DNA from: Candidatus Latescibacterota bacterium
GTDB lineage: Bacteria > Latescibacterota > UBA2968 > UBA8231
DNA: 64,000 nucleotides
NCBI GenBank assembly: GCA_965261395.1
Contig: OZ253462.1
Span: forward strand, 5,856,001 to 5,920,000
Reading direction: 5' to 3'
In this document: in pieces, positions 9,445-22,900 of the stretch
How positions within the stretch are numbered: position 1 is the first letter of the stretch
Layout of the letters: every line of letters begins with the position of its first letter
Notes under the pieces: generated by a model
The model's database searches: none
What the model was told of the DNA's origin: nothing
What the model saw: only the letters and a program-made list of their open reading frames with translations
Position numbers and translations under genes: made by a program

Positions 9445-10827
9445 CTACTCCGGCGCAATTCCGTCCTCTCTTATGATGGCTGAGCACCCATCGCTGTTAC
9501 AGGCAGTGACGTAGTAGAAGTAGGGGGTTAGGCCACCAGTTTCGACAGGGCCATAGATTGTCTCGAAGACCTGCCAAGCCAGCAAATCACAAAAGATGCC
9601 GCCGGGGCAACCGGGTCCTGCCCAACTTTCGTAGATTTGGTAGTGGGTAGCCCCCTCCACAGGGTCCCAAGCGAGGGCGGTCCGCTCATTCTCCTCATCC
9701 CAAACAAACCGTACGTTCTTTGGGGAGGCGCAAAACGGCACCGGCGACCCCTCGGGTAGGCATCCCTCCAGTTGTCTGTTTCGTTCGAGTTTCAGCGTTT
9801 TTAGGATTTTGAGGTTGCTCAGTTCCACTGGAACCCTCCCCCGTAGCTTGTTATCTATCAGGTCCAGCACTTCTAGGCTGGCGAGGTTGCCCAGTTCGGA
9901 TGGGATTTCCCCCTCCAACTCGTTTCCACCGAGGATCAGATATTCCAAGTAGGCGAGATTTCCCAGTTCGGATGGGATTTCCCCCCGTAGATCGTTTCCA
10001 CCGAGGTTCAGAAATTCCAGGTTGTCGAGGTTGCCCAGTTCGGGTGGGATTTCCCCCCGTAGCTCGTTAACCGGCAGGTTCAGCACTTCTAGGAAGGTGA
10101 GGTTGCCCAGTTCGGGTGGGATTTCCCCCCACAGCCCATTATCCGAGAGGTCCAGCCGAGTGACGTAGCGGCCGCTGGGGTTGGTGGTGACGCCGTACCA
10201 TTCGCTGATGGGAGCCGCGCTCAACCAGTTGGTGTTGTTCTTCCAGTCCTCTCCGCCCGTGGCATAGTAGAATGCGACCAGCACGGTACTATCTGACGTG
10301 GCAGAGGAGATGGTAGGTTCTTGAGGTTCCTGGGGACCTTGTTCGCCTTCGCCTGGAGGTCCTTGGGGTCCTGGAGGTCCTTGGGGTCCTGGAGGCCCTT
10401 GTTCGCCTTGAGGTCCTTGGGGTCCTGGAGGTCCTTGGGGTCCTGGAGACCCTTGTCCCCCGCCTTCCCCGTCTTGTCCCCCGCCTTGGGGTCCTGGAGG
10501 TCCTTGTTCACCTTGGGGACCTTCAGGTCCTTGTTCTCCTTCACCTTGGGGCCCTTGCGGTCCCATCGGCCCTTGTGGTCCTTGTTGGCCTTGTTGGCCT
10601 TGTTCACCTTGGGGACCTTCAGGCCCTCGGGGTCCTTGTTCTCCTTCACCTTGTTCACCTTGTTGGCCTTGTTCACCTTGCGGTCCTTGGGGTCCTTGTT
10701 CGCCCTGTTCGCCCTGGGGTCCTTGTTCTCCTTCGCCTTGCGGTCCCATCGGCCCTGGCGGCCCCTGAGGACCTGAGCAGGTGGCGAGGCCGAAAGCTAA
10801 TAACGATAAAAATGCAAAGTACTTCAT
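9445..10827 (-). CDS. Lipoprotein: long collagen-like stalk + plant-RLK-type LRR + FN3-like domain
   Basis: True start MKYFAF at 10827 (AGGAG RBS, same N-terminus as paralogs); lipobox GLATC; LRR block nearly identical to that of 7970-9154. Confidence 0.9.
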   Translation of the reverse strand: MKYFAFLSLLAFGLATCSGPQGPPGPMGPQGEGEQGPQGEQGEQGPQGPQGEQGQQGEQGEGEQGPRGPEGPQGEQGQQGQQGPQGPMGPQGPQGEGEQGPEGPQGEQGPPGPQGGGQDGEGGGQGSPGPQGPPGPQGPQGEQGPPGPQGPPGPQGPPGEGEQGPQEPQEPTISSATSDSTVLVAFYYATGGEDWKNNTNWLSAAPISEWYGVTTNPSGRYVTRLDLSDNGLWGEIPPELGNLTFLEVLNLPVNELRGEIPPELGNLDNLEFLNLGGNDLRGEIPSELGNLAYLEYLILGGNELEGEIPSELGNLASLEVLDLIDNKLRGRVPVELSNLKILKTLKLERNRQLEGCLPEGSPVPFCASPKNVRFVWDEENERTALAWDPVEGATHYQIYESWAGPGCPGGIFCDLLAWQVFETIYGPVETGGLTPYFYYVTACNSDGCSAIIREDGIAPE

Positions 10828-10977
10828 CGCTTGTCTCCTTCTAAGTGACTGAAAATAATGGATCTTGAAGAGATTGTTAGTCCTTGTTCGGTTGCCTCCT
10901 GACGCTCGTTTGCCCAAGCGAAGGGCCATTGCCAAGATAGAAAGGGTTTGCCGTCCCTAGGCACCGTAGGGAACTAC

Positions 10978-13900
10978 CTATTTCAGCAGCAACAGCCGAC
11001 GGACCTGTACTCCTTGAGTGCTAACGAGCCGGGACAGATACACCCCGCTGGCCAGCGATGAACCGCTGTCGCTGCGACCGTCCCAGGCGATCTGGTAGCG
11101 ACCCGCCGCCTGCATGCCTTGGACTAGGGTGCGAACCCGCTGCCCCATGACATTGTAGATAGCCAACTCTACTGGGCTGGCTACCGGCAGCGTATAGACA
11201 AGCTGCGTCTGGGCATTAAACGGGTTGGGATAGTTGGCGTCCAAACCAAAGGTCCGGGGTGCGACTACCGGCTTGGCCGCCGGGCCGGGCACAATCGCCG
11301 TCAGTTCGTTCGACAGGGGCCGTCCGTCTTCGGTGCATATCGCGCCTGCCGCCTCGCAATCAGTCGGCGGCGGCAGGACGATGAGCACCTCTGCGTTGGA
11401 CTCTGGTTCGATGGTGATTTTCCAGCCTAGGTTACTGCCCGCCTGCAAGCGTTGCGCTTTTTTCGCCACGCCGCCGGTCACGTCGAGTGTGGTATCTCGC
11501 AGGGTCTTGAAGCTGATCTCGATTTTCTCGCTGAAGTGCAACTCGAAGGTGAACTCGCTGCCGTCGTGCGCCGCGGGCATCGCCTCAAAGCGCGCCGTCA
11601 GCAGGCCGGGCACAATTGCCGTCAACTCGTTTGACAGGGGCCGTCCGTCTTCGGTGCATACGGCACCGGCTGCCTCGCAATCGTCCGTCGGCGGCAGGAC
11701 GATGAGCACCTCCGCGTCGGAGTCTGGTTCGATGGTGATATTCCAGCCTAGGTTGCTGCCCGCCTGTAAGCGTCGCGCCCCTTTCACCACGCCGCCGGTC
11801 ACGTCGAGCACATCGTCCCGCATGTTCACGAAGCTGATCTCGATTTCTTCACTGAAGTGGATCTCGAAGGTGAACTCGCTGCCGTCGTGCGCCGCGGGTA
11901 GCGCCGCAAAACGCGCCGTCAGCAGGCCGGACCCGGGCACACTCGCCGTGAGCTCGTTCGCCAAGGGCCGTCCGTCTTCGGTGCATACTGCGCCTACTGC
12001 GTCGCAATCGGTTGTCGGCGGCAGGACGATGGATACCGCTGCGTTGGTGGTGTCTGGTTCGATGGTGATCCTCCAGCCTAGGTTGCTGGGCGGCTGCAAA
12101 CGGCGTGCCCTTGTCGCCGTGCCACCGGTCACCTCGAGTACGGTATCGCTCACCGCTAGGGCTCTGCTGATCTTGATTTCCTCGCTGAAGTGCAGCTCGA
12201 AGGTGAACTCGCTGCCGTCGTGCACCGCTGGCATGTCCTCGAAGCGCGCCGTCAAGGATTGTTCGGATGAGTCAGGCTGCTGATCACCGTCGTCTTCAGT
12301 CGCCTCGGATTCTGTACTAGCGGCGACAGCTATTTGTGCCGTGAGTGGGGAGCCGTCGTATTCTGCGATGGCATCTGCGCCGATGATGAAGGTGAGGGTG
12401 GCATCGGTGTCGAAGTTGGTGCCGTCGAATGTAAGTTCGACGGTCACCACCGTATCGCTTACACGATCCACATCAAGACGTCGAACCGTGACCCCGGCGA
12501 TACCCGCTACGGTCACCGCCCCTCTGATTGTGGAACGGGATGACTCGTAAGCCCCGCTGCTGAGCGTCAGGGTGACAACGCTCTCGTGCAGTGTCGCCTC
12601 GGTTAACGGGGAGGCCGTGGAGGCGGTTATAGTTGGGCCCTCACTAGGTTCGTCCGATTGTTCAGCGCCGGGCACAATCGCCACCAGACTGTTCGACAGG
12701 GGTTGTCCGTCTTCGGTGCATACTGCGCCGTCTGCCTCGCAATCGTCCGTCGGCGACAGGATGATGAGCACCTCTGCGTTGGTGGAGTCTGGCTCGATGG
12801 TGATTTTCCAGCCTAGGTTACTGCCCGCCTGCAAGCGCCGTGCACCTGTCACCGTGCCGCCGGTCACGTCGAATACGTCATTCCGCACGGTCGCGAAGCT
12901 GATGTTGATTTCCTCGCTGAAGTGCAGCTCGAACTGGAACTCGCTGCCGTCATGCGACGCCGGCATGCCCTCGAAGCGCGCTGTCAAGCCAAGCGCTTCG
13001 GATTGTTCCGGCTCTTCGGGTTGTTCGGGCTGCTGCACAATGCTCTCTCCAGGGATTTCTATTTGTCCCGTAGCCGCATTGTAAACAGCCTCCTTGATAT
13101 TGGGGGTGCTACTCTCGTCAAAAAAGCGCAGATGGGTTATCCGAGACCCAGCCCAAGAAGAGGAGTAGCTGGAGGTCGTTGTCCCGCACATGGTCTCTGA
13201 GACATAGTTGCTTTGACTCCCCAAGTCCTGTGTCTTGATATACACTTTGCTTGGTCGGGCTGCCTCTGCATTGGCGAAGCTACATCCCTTCAGCGTGCCC
13301 AACACCATAAAGGCCAACGTGCCAACTGCCGAATCATCGGTGAACTGGGTTGGAACGCCCCAAACCGTACCGGTCTTACTCAGCGTCACTTGGGTGTAGC
13401 CCGCTGGGGTAGAGGATTCAAACGCCATCCGGTCAGTTGCCGCGTCCGGCTGCTCCGGCGGTTGGCCGCCGTCCGGCTGCTCTGATTCGATAGTGGCGGT
13501 GACGACTATTTGTGCCGTGAACGGAGATCCGTCGTAGTCTTCTATGGCCCCTGCGCCGACGATGACAGTGAGGGTAGCATCGGTGTCAAAGTCAGTGCCA
13601 TCAAATGTAAGTTCAACAGTCACTACTGTGTCGCTCACACGATCCACATCAATCCTTCTAACCGTGACGCCGTCAATACCCGATACCGTCACCGCATCTC
13701 TGATTCTGGAACGGGATGACTCGTAAGCTCCGCCGCTGAGGGTGAGGGTAACGACGCTCTCGTCCAGCGTCTCCTCAGTCAACGGAGAGGCCGTGGAAAT
13801 ACTGAGCGTCACGTTGACAGGCTCTTCGGATTGTTCGGGCTGCTGCACAATGCTCTCTCCAGGAATTTCTATTTGCCCCGTAGCCGCATTGTACACAGCC

Positions 13901-16900
13901 TCTTTGACATTGGAGGTACTGCTCTCGTCAAAAAAGCGCAGATGGGTTATTCGAGCCCCATCAAAAGAAGAGGAAGCGTTGGAGGTCGTTGTTCCGCACG
14001 CCGTTGCCGAGCCAAAGCTGTTTAGCTGTCCCAAGTCCTGGGTCTTGATATACACTTTGCTTGGTCGATCGGCCTCGGCATTGGCGAAGCTACATCCCTT
14101 CAGTGTTCCCAACACTATGAATGCCAGCGTGCCAACGTCAGAACCACTGGCGTACTGGGTTGGAACGCCCCAAACCGTACCGGTCTTACTCAGCGTCACT
14201 TGGGTGTAGCCTGCTGGGGTAGAGGATTCAAATGCCGTCCGGTCAACCGCCGCGGGTTGTTCTGCTATGTCGGTGACGTTGATGGTGACGTTGATGGTGT
14301 CCGTGAGGTTACCATCGGAGACAGTGATGGCCACCGAATAGGAAGACTTCGTCTCGTAGTCGAGGGCCGCACTGGTTTTCAACTGCCCGGTCGCGCGCTC
14401 AATGTCAAACGAAACCGCATCGGTACCACCGAGAGTGTAGGTGAGCACGTCGTTGTCAGCGTCTGTGGCGGCTATGGCCGTGCCGATGAGTACGCCGTTT
14501 GCGGTATTCTCCGCCACCGTGCGGGTGGTGCTCGTGCCGTCGGTGAACGCGGGTGCCGTATTCGCGGGAGAGCTGATGACTTCCAGCGGCAGGTCGGCGG
14601 ACTTGACGAGAGCATAGCCGAGATGGTTTGCAGGTAGCCCCGGCAATATGCCAATATTCACGGTGACAATAGAGGTCGTGCCGGGCGTGCGGGTTACGGT
14701 GACAACATCGCTTTCCACGCGACCGGCGCGAATCGTGACACTGTTTGCCCCACCGGTGATGGTCCCGTCCGCAACGGTGAGCGGCAAGACGATGTCAAAG
14801 GGTGCACCTGCAGGCACGGTAGCTTTGAACTGTCCCTCTCCAACCTTCTCTAAGGACACGGTAAGAGGCAGGGGGTTAACCGAGTTAATACCTAAGTCGA
14901 GCCCTGTCAGCGTGTTGAGTTTGTCAAAGATCCCGGCTGGCAGCGAACTCAACTGGTTGGCGGCTAGGTAGAGCCTTGTAAGTGCGTTGAGATTATCAAA
15001 GATCCCGGCTGGCAACGAACTCAACTGGTTGGCGCTCAAGTTGAGCGTCGTCAGGGCGTTGAGTTTGTCAAAGATCCCGGCTGGCAGCGAACTCAACTGG
15101 TTGCGGCCTAGGTGGAGTTCTTTCAGGGCGTTGAGTTTGTCAAAGATCCCGGCTGGCAATGAACTCAACTGGTTGCGGGTCAAGTTGAGTGTCGTCAGCG
15201 CCGACAAGCCGTCAAAATCGCCGACTTTGAGCGAGCTGATTGATTTATCAGTGACATTGAGAGATGTAATCACCGCGAGCTGAGCTTGGGTCACCTCGTC
15301 GCAAGTGCTTACGCTCGGCACCGCGGCCACGATCGCGGTTTGCACTTGCGCGGTGCGGTCGCAAATCCCTCCCGTCAAAAGACTGAACATTTCCAGCGGC
15401 AGATCGGCGGATTTGCCAAGGGCATAGCCGCTGTGGTTTGCGGGCAGCCCCGGCAAGGTGCCCATGTCCACGGTGACGGCAGCCGCCGTGCCGGGGGTGC
15501 GGGTCACGGTGAGCGGCTGGCTTTCGAAGCTGCCGGCGGGAATGGTGATCGTGGTTGCGCCGCCGCTGATGCTGCCGTTGGCAACGCTGAGCGGCAGCAC
15601 CATCTCAAACGGCGCACCGGACGGGGCCACCGCCTTGACCTGATCCGCGCCAACTTTCTCTAACGATACGGTAAGCGGCAGAGGATCCACTGAGTTGCCA
15701 TACAAGTAGAGGGTTGTCAGCGCCGACAGCCCGTTAAATAGGCCGTCCGGTAGCGCCGATAACTGGTTGCCGTTCAAGTAGAGCGTGGTCAGCGCCGACA
15801 ACCCGTCAAACAGGCCATCTGGTAGCGTCGATAACTGGTTGCCATACAGGCGGAGTTCCGTCAGGCTAGTCAGGCCCGCGAAATCACCGGCTTGCAGGGC
15901 AGTAATGCCTTGGTCGTTCAGGAACAGACTCGTGACCCCGGAGGACACCTGCGCCTCGGTCACCTCGCCGCAGGTGCTGGGACTCGGGGTCTGTAGCTGT
16001 AATATACCCACGATAGCGTCGCGCACCTGCGGGGTGCGATCGCAGACCGTAGTCTCTGCAGAGACTACGGTGTCGTTGTCGGTGATGGTGACGGTCAGCG
16101 ACGATGGCGAGAGCGTGAGGCCCGACGTCGTCGTGGCCGTGAAGATGACCGTCTCGTCGTCCTCATCCACCGAGTCGTCCACTAGGCTCAGCGTCAACGT
16201 GGCCGTGCCCGACACCGAGCCGGCTGGAATCGTCAACGGAAGCACTGTTACCGAGTAGTCTGCATCGCGCGTGGCCGTGCCCGAGATCGTCAGCCTCACG
16301 TCCGTCGCCGTCGTCAGCGCCGCGCCGTTGAGCGTCCCGGTCACCGTTATCGTCGTCGCGCCCGCGTCTTCTGCCACCTCGGTCGGCGACAACTCAAGCG
16401 TGACCGCCGTACTTTCGTCAACAGCGGTGTTGGTCGTTGTTGCCTCGGCAGTAAAGGTCTCCGACTGGGCAATACCTTGGACACTTACTTGAACCGTGTT
16501 GGTGCCGGCGCTGTTGCCAAGCGTCAGCGTACTCGCCGCTTGGCCGTTGGCATCGGTCGCGGTACTCGTGGCACTCAGCGTGCCGCCGCCTGCGGTGATA
16601 GCAAACGTCACTGGCACCCCCGCAAACGCAGCACTTTCCCCATCCTGCACTTCAACCACAAACGGCTGCGCCAGGGCGGTACTGGGCGTGCCCTGCTGGC
16701 TATCACCCGATATTTTCACCAGCGTCGTCGGTGTGCGGTTGTCAAAGTCTATGTAAACACTTCGCGCTTGTAGAGCTGGAATGTGGGTGTAGATAGACGG
16801 GTAGTCCAACGGATTGCCCTGCACATCAATCTCGGTGTCCGCTCCCAACCCCGTATTAGCAACCAACGGCGAGAGGTCGGATACGGCGTTTTCAGCAAGA

Positions 16901-19900
16901 ATCAACTCTAGCAGATTGGTTAAGCCGGTCACCGCCGATAGATCCGCGATGCTATTGCCACTAAGATCAAGCGATGTCAGGCTGGTTAGGTTCGTCACCG
17001 CGGCGATATCTGAAATGCTGTTGTTGGGGGCATCCAACCATTCCAGCTTGGTTAGGTTCGCTACAGCGGCGATACTGGAGATGGTGTTATCGCCGATTCG
17101 CAGTTCGGTCAGGTTGGCCAATGTTGCTACGGCTGATATATCGGATACTGAATTCTCGCGGAGACCGAGATGGGTCAGTTGGGTCAATCCTGCCACGGCC
17201 GATACATTTGCTATCGAATTTTCACCAAGACGTAAATCGGTCAGGTTGGTCAACCCTGCCACGTGCGATATATCCGTGATGGCGTTGCCCCACAGATACA
17301 GTTTGGTCAGGTTGGTTAATCCCGCCACGACGGCCATATCCGCGATGTTGTTATCCCAAAGCTGTAGTTCGGTCAGATTGGTCGCGGTTTCCAGTCCGGT
17401 CAGATCGCTAATGGCGGCGTCTTGTGCGGACAGGGCTGTCAGTGTTGCCATCTCGGCTGCGGAGATGGGGTCTCCAGATGTTTTGCCGAGGGCGGTTTCA
17501 ATCTTAGCGCGGAGATTGGCGTCGGGGATGGTCAGCGTCACTGCCACCTCACCGATGACTTCTAGCGGCAGGTCGGTAGATTTGACGAGGGCATAGCCGG
17601 AATGGTTTGCAGGCAGCCCCGGCAAGGTGCCAATGTCCACGGTGACCGCCGCGGTTGTGCCGGGGGTGCGCACCACGGTGAGGAGTTGGCTTTCCACACC
17701 GCCGGCGGGTATCGTGATAGTCGTCGCGCCACCGCTGATGTCTCCATTCGCAACGGTGAGCGGTAGCACAAGGTCAAACGGCGCACCGGACGGGGCCACC
17801 GCCTTGACCTGATCCGCGCCAACCTTCTCTAACGACACGGTAAGCGACAGCGGATCCACCGAGTTACCATACAAGTACAGCGTCGCCAGCGACGACAGCC
17901 CGTCAAACAGACCATCGGGCAGCGTCGTCAACTGGTTGCCGTTTAAGTAGAGCATGGTCAGCGCGCCCAACCCGTCAAACAGGCCGGCCGGTAGCGTCGT
18001 CAACTGGTTGTCATACAGGCGCAGTTCCGTCAAGCTGGTGAGATCCTCGAAATCGCCGGCTTGCAGGGTGGTAATGCCCTGACCGTTCAGGAACAGACTC
18101 GTAATATCGGAGGTCAGATGCGCCTTGGTTACCTCGCCGCAGGTGCTTACGCCCGGCACCACGGCCACAATCGCGTCGCGCACTTGCGGGGTGCGGTCGC
18201 AGACCGGGATTAGGCTTTCGTCTAGGTCGGTGACATTGATGGTGACGTTGATGGTGTCGGTGAGGCTGCCATCGGAGACGGTGACGACCACCGAATAGGA
18301 AGACGTTGTCTCGTAGTCGAGTGCCGCACTGGTTTGTACCTGCCCGGTCGTACTATCAATGGCAAACGCAGCCGCATCGGTGCCGCCGAGGGTGTAGGTC
18401 AGCACCTCGTTGTCCGCGTCTGTGGCGGCTATGGCCGCGCCGAGGTTGACACCGGCCACTGTATTCTCCGCAACAGAAAGCGTCGTGCTAACTCCATCGG
18501 TGAACTCTGGGGCGTTGTTTGATGCAACCGCACTCGTTGTGACTTCAATCGTGCCTTGAGAGACTGCGCCGTTTGCAATGATACAATCTACTGCTGCGAC
18601 GCAGGTGTATGTTCCATTATCTGCAGTTACTGCTCTTCCACTTCCGATTGTAAGGCGTGCGGTCTGGAATCCCGTGGGGAGTAGAATGGTATCACCGACA
18701 TTGTATGTGGTAACCTCAGTACCTTCGCCAACAGCGGTGTCGGTCGTGGTCGCCTCGGCGGTAAAGGTCTCCGACTGGGCAATGCCTTGGGCACTCGCGC
18801 GAACCGTGTTAGTGCCGGCGCTGTTGCCAAGCGTTAGCGTACTCTCTGCTTGGCCGTTGGCATCGGTCGCGGTGCTCGTGGCACTAAGAGTGCCGCCAGC
18901 GGTGACGGCAAACGTCACCGGCACGCCCGCAAACGCGGCACTTTCCCCATCCTGCACCTCAATGACAAACGGATCCGGCAAGGCGGTACCGGACGTACCC
19001 TGCTGGCTATCGCCCGATACTTTCGCAAGGGTCGTCGGTGTGCGGTTGTCGAAGTCTATGAAAACACTTCTCGCCTGTAGAGCTGGGATGTGGGTATAGA
19101 TGGACGGGTAGTCCAACAGATTGCCCTGCACATCAATCTCGTTGTCTGCTCCCAACCCCGTATTGGCCACCAACGGCGAGAGGTCGGATACGGCGTTTTC
19201 AGCAAGATACAACTCTAGCAGCTTGGTTAAGCCGGCCACCGCCGATAGATCCGCGATGCTATTGCCACTAAGATCAAGCGAGGTCAGGTTGGTGAGGTTC
19301 GCCACCACGGCGATATCGGAGATGCTGTTGTTGGGCGCATCCAGCCATTCCAGCTTGGTTAGGCTCGCCACCGCGGCGATACTGGAGATGGTGTTATCGC
19401 CGATTCGCAGTTCTGTTAGGTTGGTCAAGCCCGCTACAGCGGCCATATCGGATACCGAATTCTCGCGGAGATCTAAATGGGTCAGGTTGGTCAATCCTGC
19501 CACATGAGATGCATTTGCTATGGAGTTTTCGCCCAGCCGCAGATCGGTCAGGTTGGTCAACCCTGCTACGTGCGATAGATCCGCGATGGCGTTGCCCCAC
19601 AGATACAGTTTGGTCAGGTTGGTTAATTCCGCCACGGCAGCAATATCCGAGATTTCGTTATCCCAAAGCTGTAGTTCGGTCAGATTGGTCGCGGTCTCAA
19701 GGCCGGTCAGATCGCTAATGGAGGCATCTTGTGCGGCAAGGGATGTCAAGGTTGCCATCTCGGCTGGGGAGATGGGGTCTCCGGACGTTTTGCCGAGGGC
19801 GGTTTCAATGTTGGCGCGGAGATTGGCGTCGGGGATGTTTACGGCCGCGGTATTGGGAGTCGTTGCACTGATGATTTCTAATGGCAGGTCGGTGGATTTG

Positions 19901-22900
19901 CCGAGGGCATAGCCGGAATGGTTTGCAGGCAGCCCCGGCAAGGTGCCCATGTCCATGGTGACCGCAGCCGTCGTACTGGGGGTGCGGGTCACGGTGATCG
20001 GTAGGCTTTCCAGGCTGCCGGCGGGTATCGTGATGCTGGTTGCGCCGCTGATGCTGCCGTTCGTAACGGTGAGCGGTAGGACGATCTCAAAGGGTGCACC
20101 GGTGGGTGCTATTGCCTTGACCTGATCCGTTCCCACCTTCTCTAAGGACACCGTAAGGAGTAGGGGGTCCACCGAGTTGCCGTACAAGCGGAGCTGTGTC
20201 AGCGTGGTTAGTCCGTCAAACAGACCCTCGGGCAGCGTCGATAACTGGTTGCCGTTCAGGAAGAGTTCTTCCAGTGCGGTCAGTCCGTCAAACAAGCCCT
20301 CGGGTAGCCCCGTCAACTGGTTGCCTTGCAGCCAGAGCGTTGTCAGTGCGTCGAGGTGGTCAAAGAGGCCTGTAGGTAAGGAACTCAACTGGTTGCCTTG
20401 CAGCCAGAGCGTTGTCAGTGCGTCGAGGTGGTCAAAGAGGCCTGCAGGTAAGGAACTCAACTGGTTGCCTTGTAGCCAGAGCGTTGTCAGCGAGATCAGT
20501 CCATCAAAATCACCGGCTTTCAGTGCTGTGATGTTCCTGTTTTGCAAGTTAAGTCCTAAAATCGCCACGAGGTGAGTCTCGGTCACCTGCGCGCAGTCTG
20601 AGATGCCACTAATGTTATCGAGTATGGCATCTCGTACCTGCGGCGTGCGATCGCAGACCGGAGTGATCGCTGTGCCTGGAGGAAGTTGTGGTGGAGGTTC
20701 TGACTCAAGGATAAAAGGCACTTGCTTACTATTCCCATTCGTATCGACTGCCACGACATAAATGGAGTGCTGATTAACTGCGGCGTCAAATCTCCAAGCA
20801 AAATTGAATTCAACGACGGTATCTGTTTCACCGGCCAATCCACGACACTCTCTTACTGCGGGGGTGGGGGGGTGCGAGGGATCTCGGGGTTGAGAGAGTA
20901 GAATTACCTGATGAAGTCCATCATCATCGCGGACCCTCAGTTGGACGGACACGCTCACTGACCCGAATGGATATGTTGCAGATGAAATCAGTTCAACCGT
21001 GGGCGGTGATTCGTTTTCAAGTGGGATATCCGAATCGAAGTAGGGATTCACGGCTAAAAAATCGGCAGCGCACACAGATAATTGGCCAGATTCCCGATCT
21101 GCCCATCCATACGACATGATGTACGCATTAGATCTGAAATCGTGTCGCAAGTCGAAGGCGTGTCCGAGTTCATGAGCCGCAGTAGACCAATCCCATTCTT
21201 CATAAAGTGTCACCTTTCCGCTCTCTTTGCTTGGGGGGTATGAGTGTCCCAGAATAGTAGAAGATCTACTCGCGTCCATGACTATTAGTATGACGTTTGC
21301 AGAGTTATCGTACGCTCGGTTAATCTCACCCTGCGTAAAATAATGTCTGCTGATGTAATAGCTTTCGGGGTAGTCTCCATCCACGCGATGAACGATCAGA
21401 TCGCCTTGGTCATCGGTTTCAATCTGAAAAGTTTTGTTCCCGTATCCATGCGTCTCCATCTGCTCAGCATAGAAGGACTGGACCTCGAGAATCCCCGTTT
21501 TCATCGCCTCAACCACCTCGGCGCGATACGTCCGGTCATTGGGCAAGAAGTAGAAGAGGCGCACGGTGCGCGGTTCGCCGACCTCTTCGGGTTGTTCGGG
21601 TGAGTCAGGCTCCTGAACAATGCTCTCTTCGACCTCCCCTATGTCGGAAACGTTGAACACTAGCGGCAGGTCGCTGGATTTGACGAGGGCATAGCCGTTG
21701 TGATTTGTGGGTAGCTCCGGCAACGTGCCAATGTCCACGGTGACCGCAGCCGTCGTGCCGGAGGTGTGCACCACGGTGAGAGATTCGCTTTCTAGGCTGC
21801 CGGCGGGTATCGTGATGGTGGTTGCGCCGCCGCTGATGCTGCCGTTGGTAACGGTGAGCGGCAGGACGATCTCAAAGGGTGCGCCAGTGGGTGCTACGGC
21901 TTTGACCTGATCCGTTCCCACCTTCTCTAAGGACACCGTAAGCGGCAGCGGGTCCACGGCGTTGCCATACAAGTAGAGCGTGGTCAGCGACGATAGCCCG
22001 TCAAACAGGCCCTCGGGCAGCGTCGATAACTGGTTGTCGTTCAAGTAGAGCCTCGTCAGCCCGGTCAGCCCGTCAAAGATACCCGCCGGTAGCGTCGTCA
22101 ACTGGTTGTCGTACAGGCGGAGTTCTGTCAAGCTGGTGAGATCCTCGAAATCGCCGGCTTGCAGGGTGGTAATGCCCTGACCGTCCAGGAACAGACTCGT
22201 AATATCGGAGGTCAGATGCGCCTTGGTTACCTCGCCGCAGGTGCTTACGCTCGGCACCGCGGCCACAATCGCGTCGCGCACCTGCGGGGTGCGGTCGCAG
22301 ACCGGGATCAGGCTTTCGTCTAGGTCGGTGACGTTGATGGTGACGTTGATGGTGTCGGTGAGGCTGTCATCGGAGACGGTGACGACTACCGAATAGGAAG
22401 ACTTTGTCTCGTAGTCGAGTGCGGCGTTGGTTTTCAACTGCCCTGTTGCGCTATCAATGGCAAATGCAGCCGCATCGGTGCCACCGAGGGTGTAGGTGAG
22501 CACGTCATTGTCCGCGTCCGTGGCGGCTATGGCCGTGCTGATGTTGACGCCGGCTGACGTGTTCTCCGCTATGGTGCGGGTGATGTTGGCCCCGTCGGTG
22601 AACACCGGGGCGTTATTCGTTGTTGTCGGCGGTTCTTCGCTTCCCGCACCTATCACTCGAACTATACCTTTAGTGACGCGCGTGTCTTCAATCGTACACC
22701 CTTCAGTACTTGCGCAGGTGTATGTGATCCCATCCTTTACTATTTCCCCCGCATTATTGAACTCAATAGTGACCTTGCCTCCACTAAAAGAAAAGGCCGC
22801 TTGTCTGGTCTCATCTGGCGTCCAAAATCCGGTCGGCAGCGTTGGGACCTCTTCACCGGACGCGTATGTAGTCTCACTGAGCGGTTCATCGTCTGCTATA

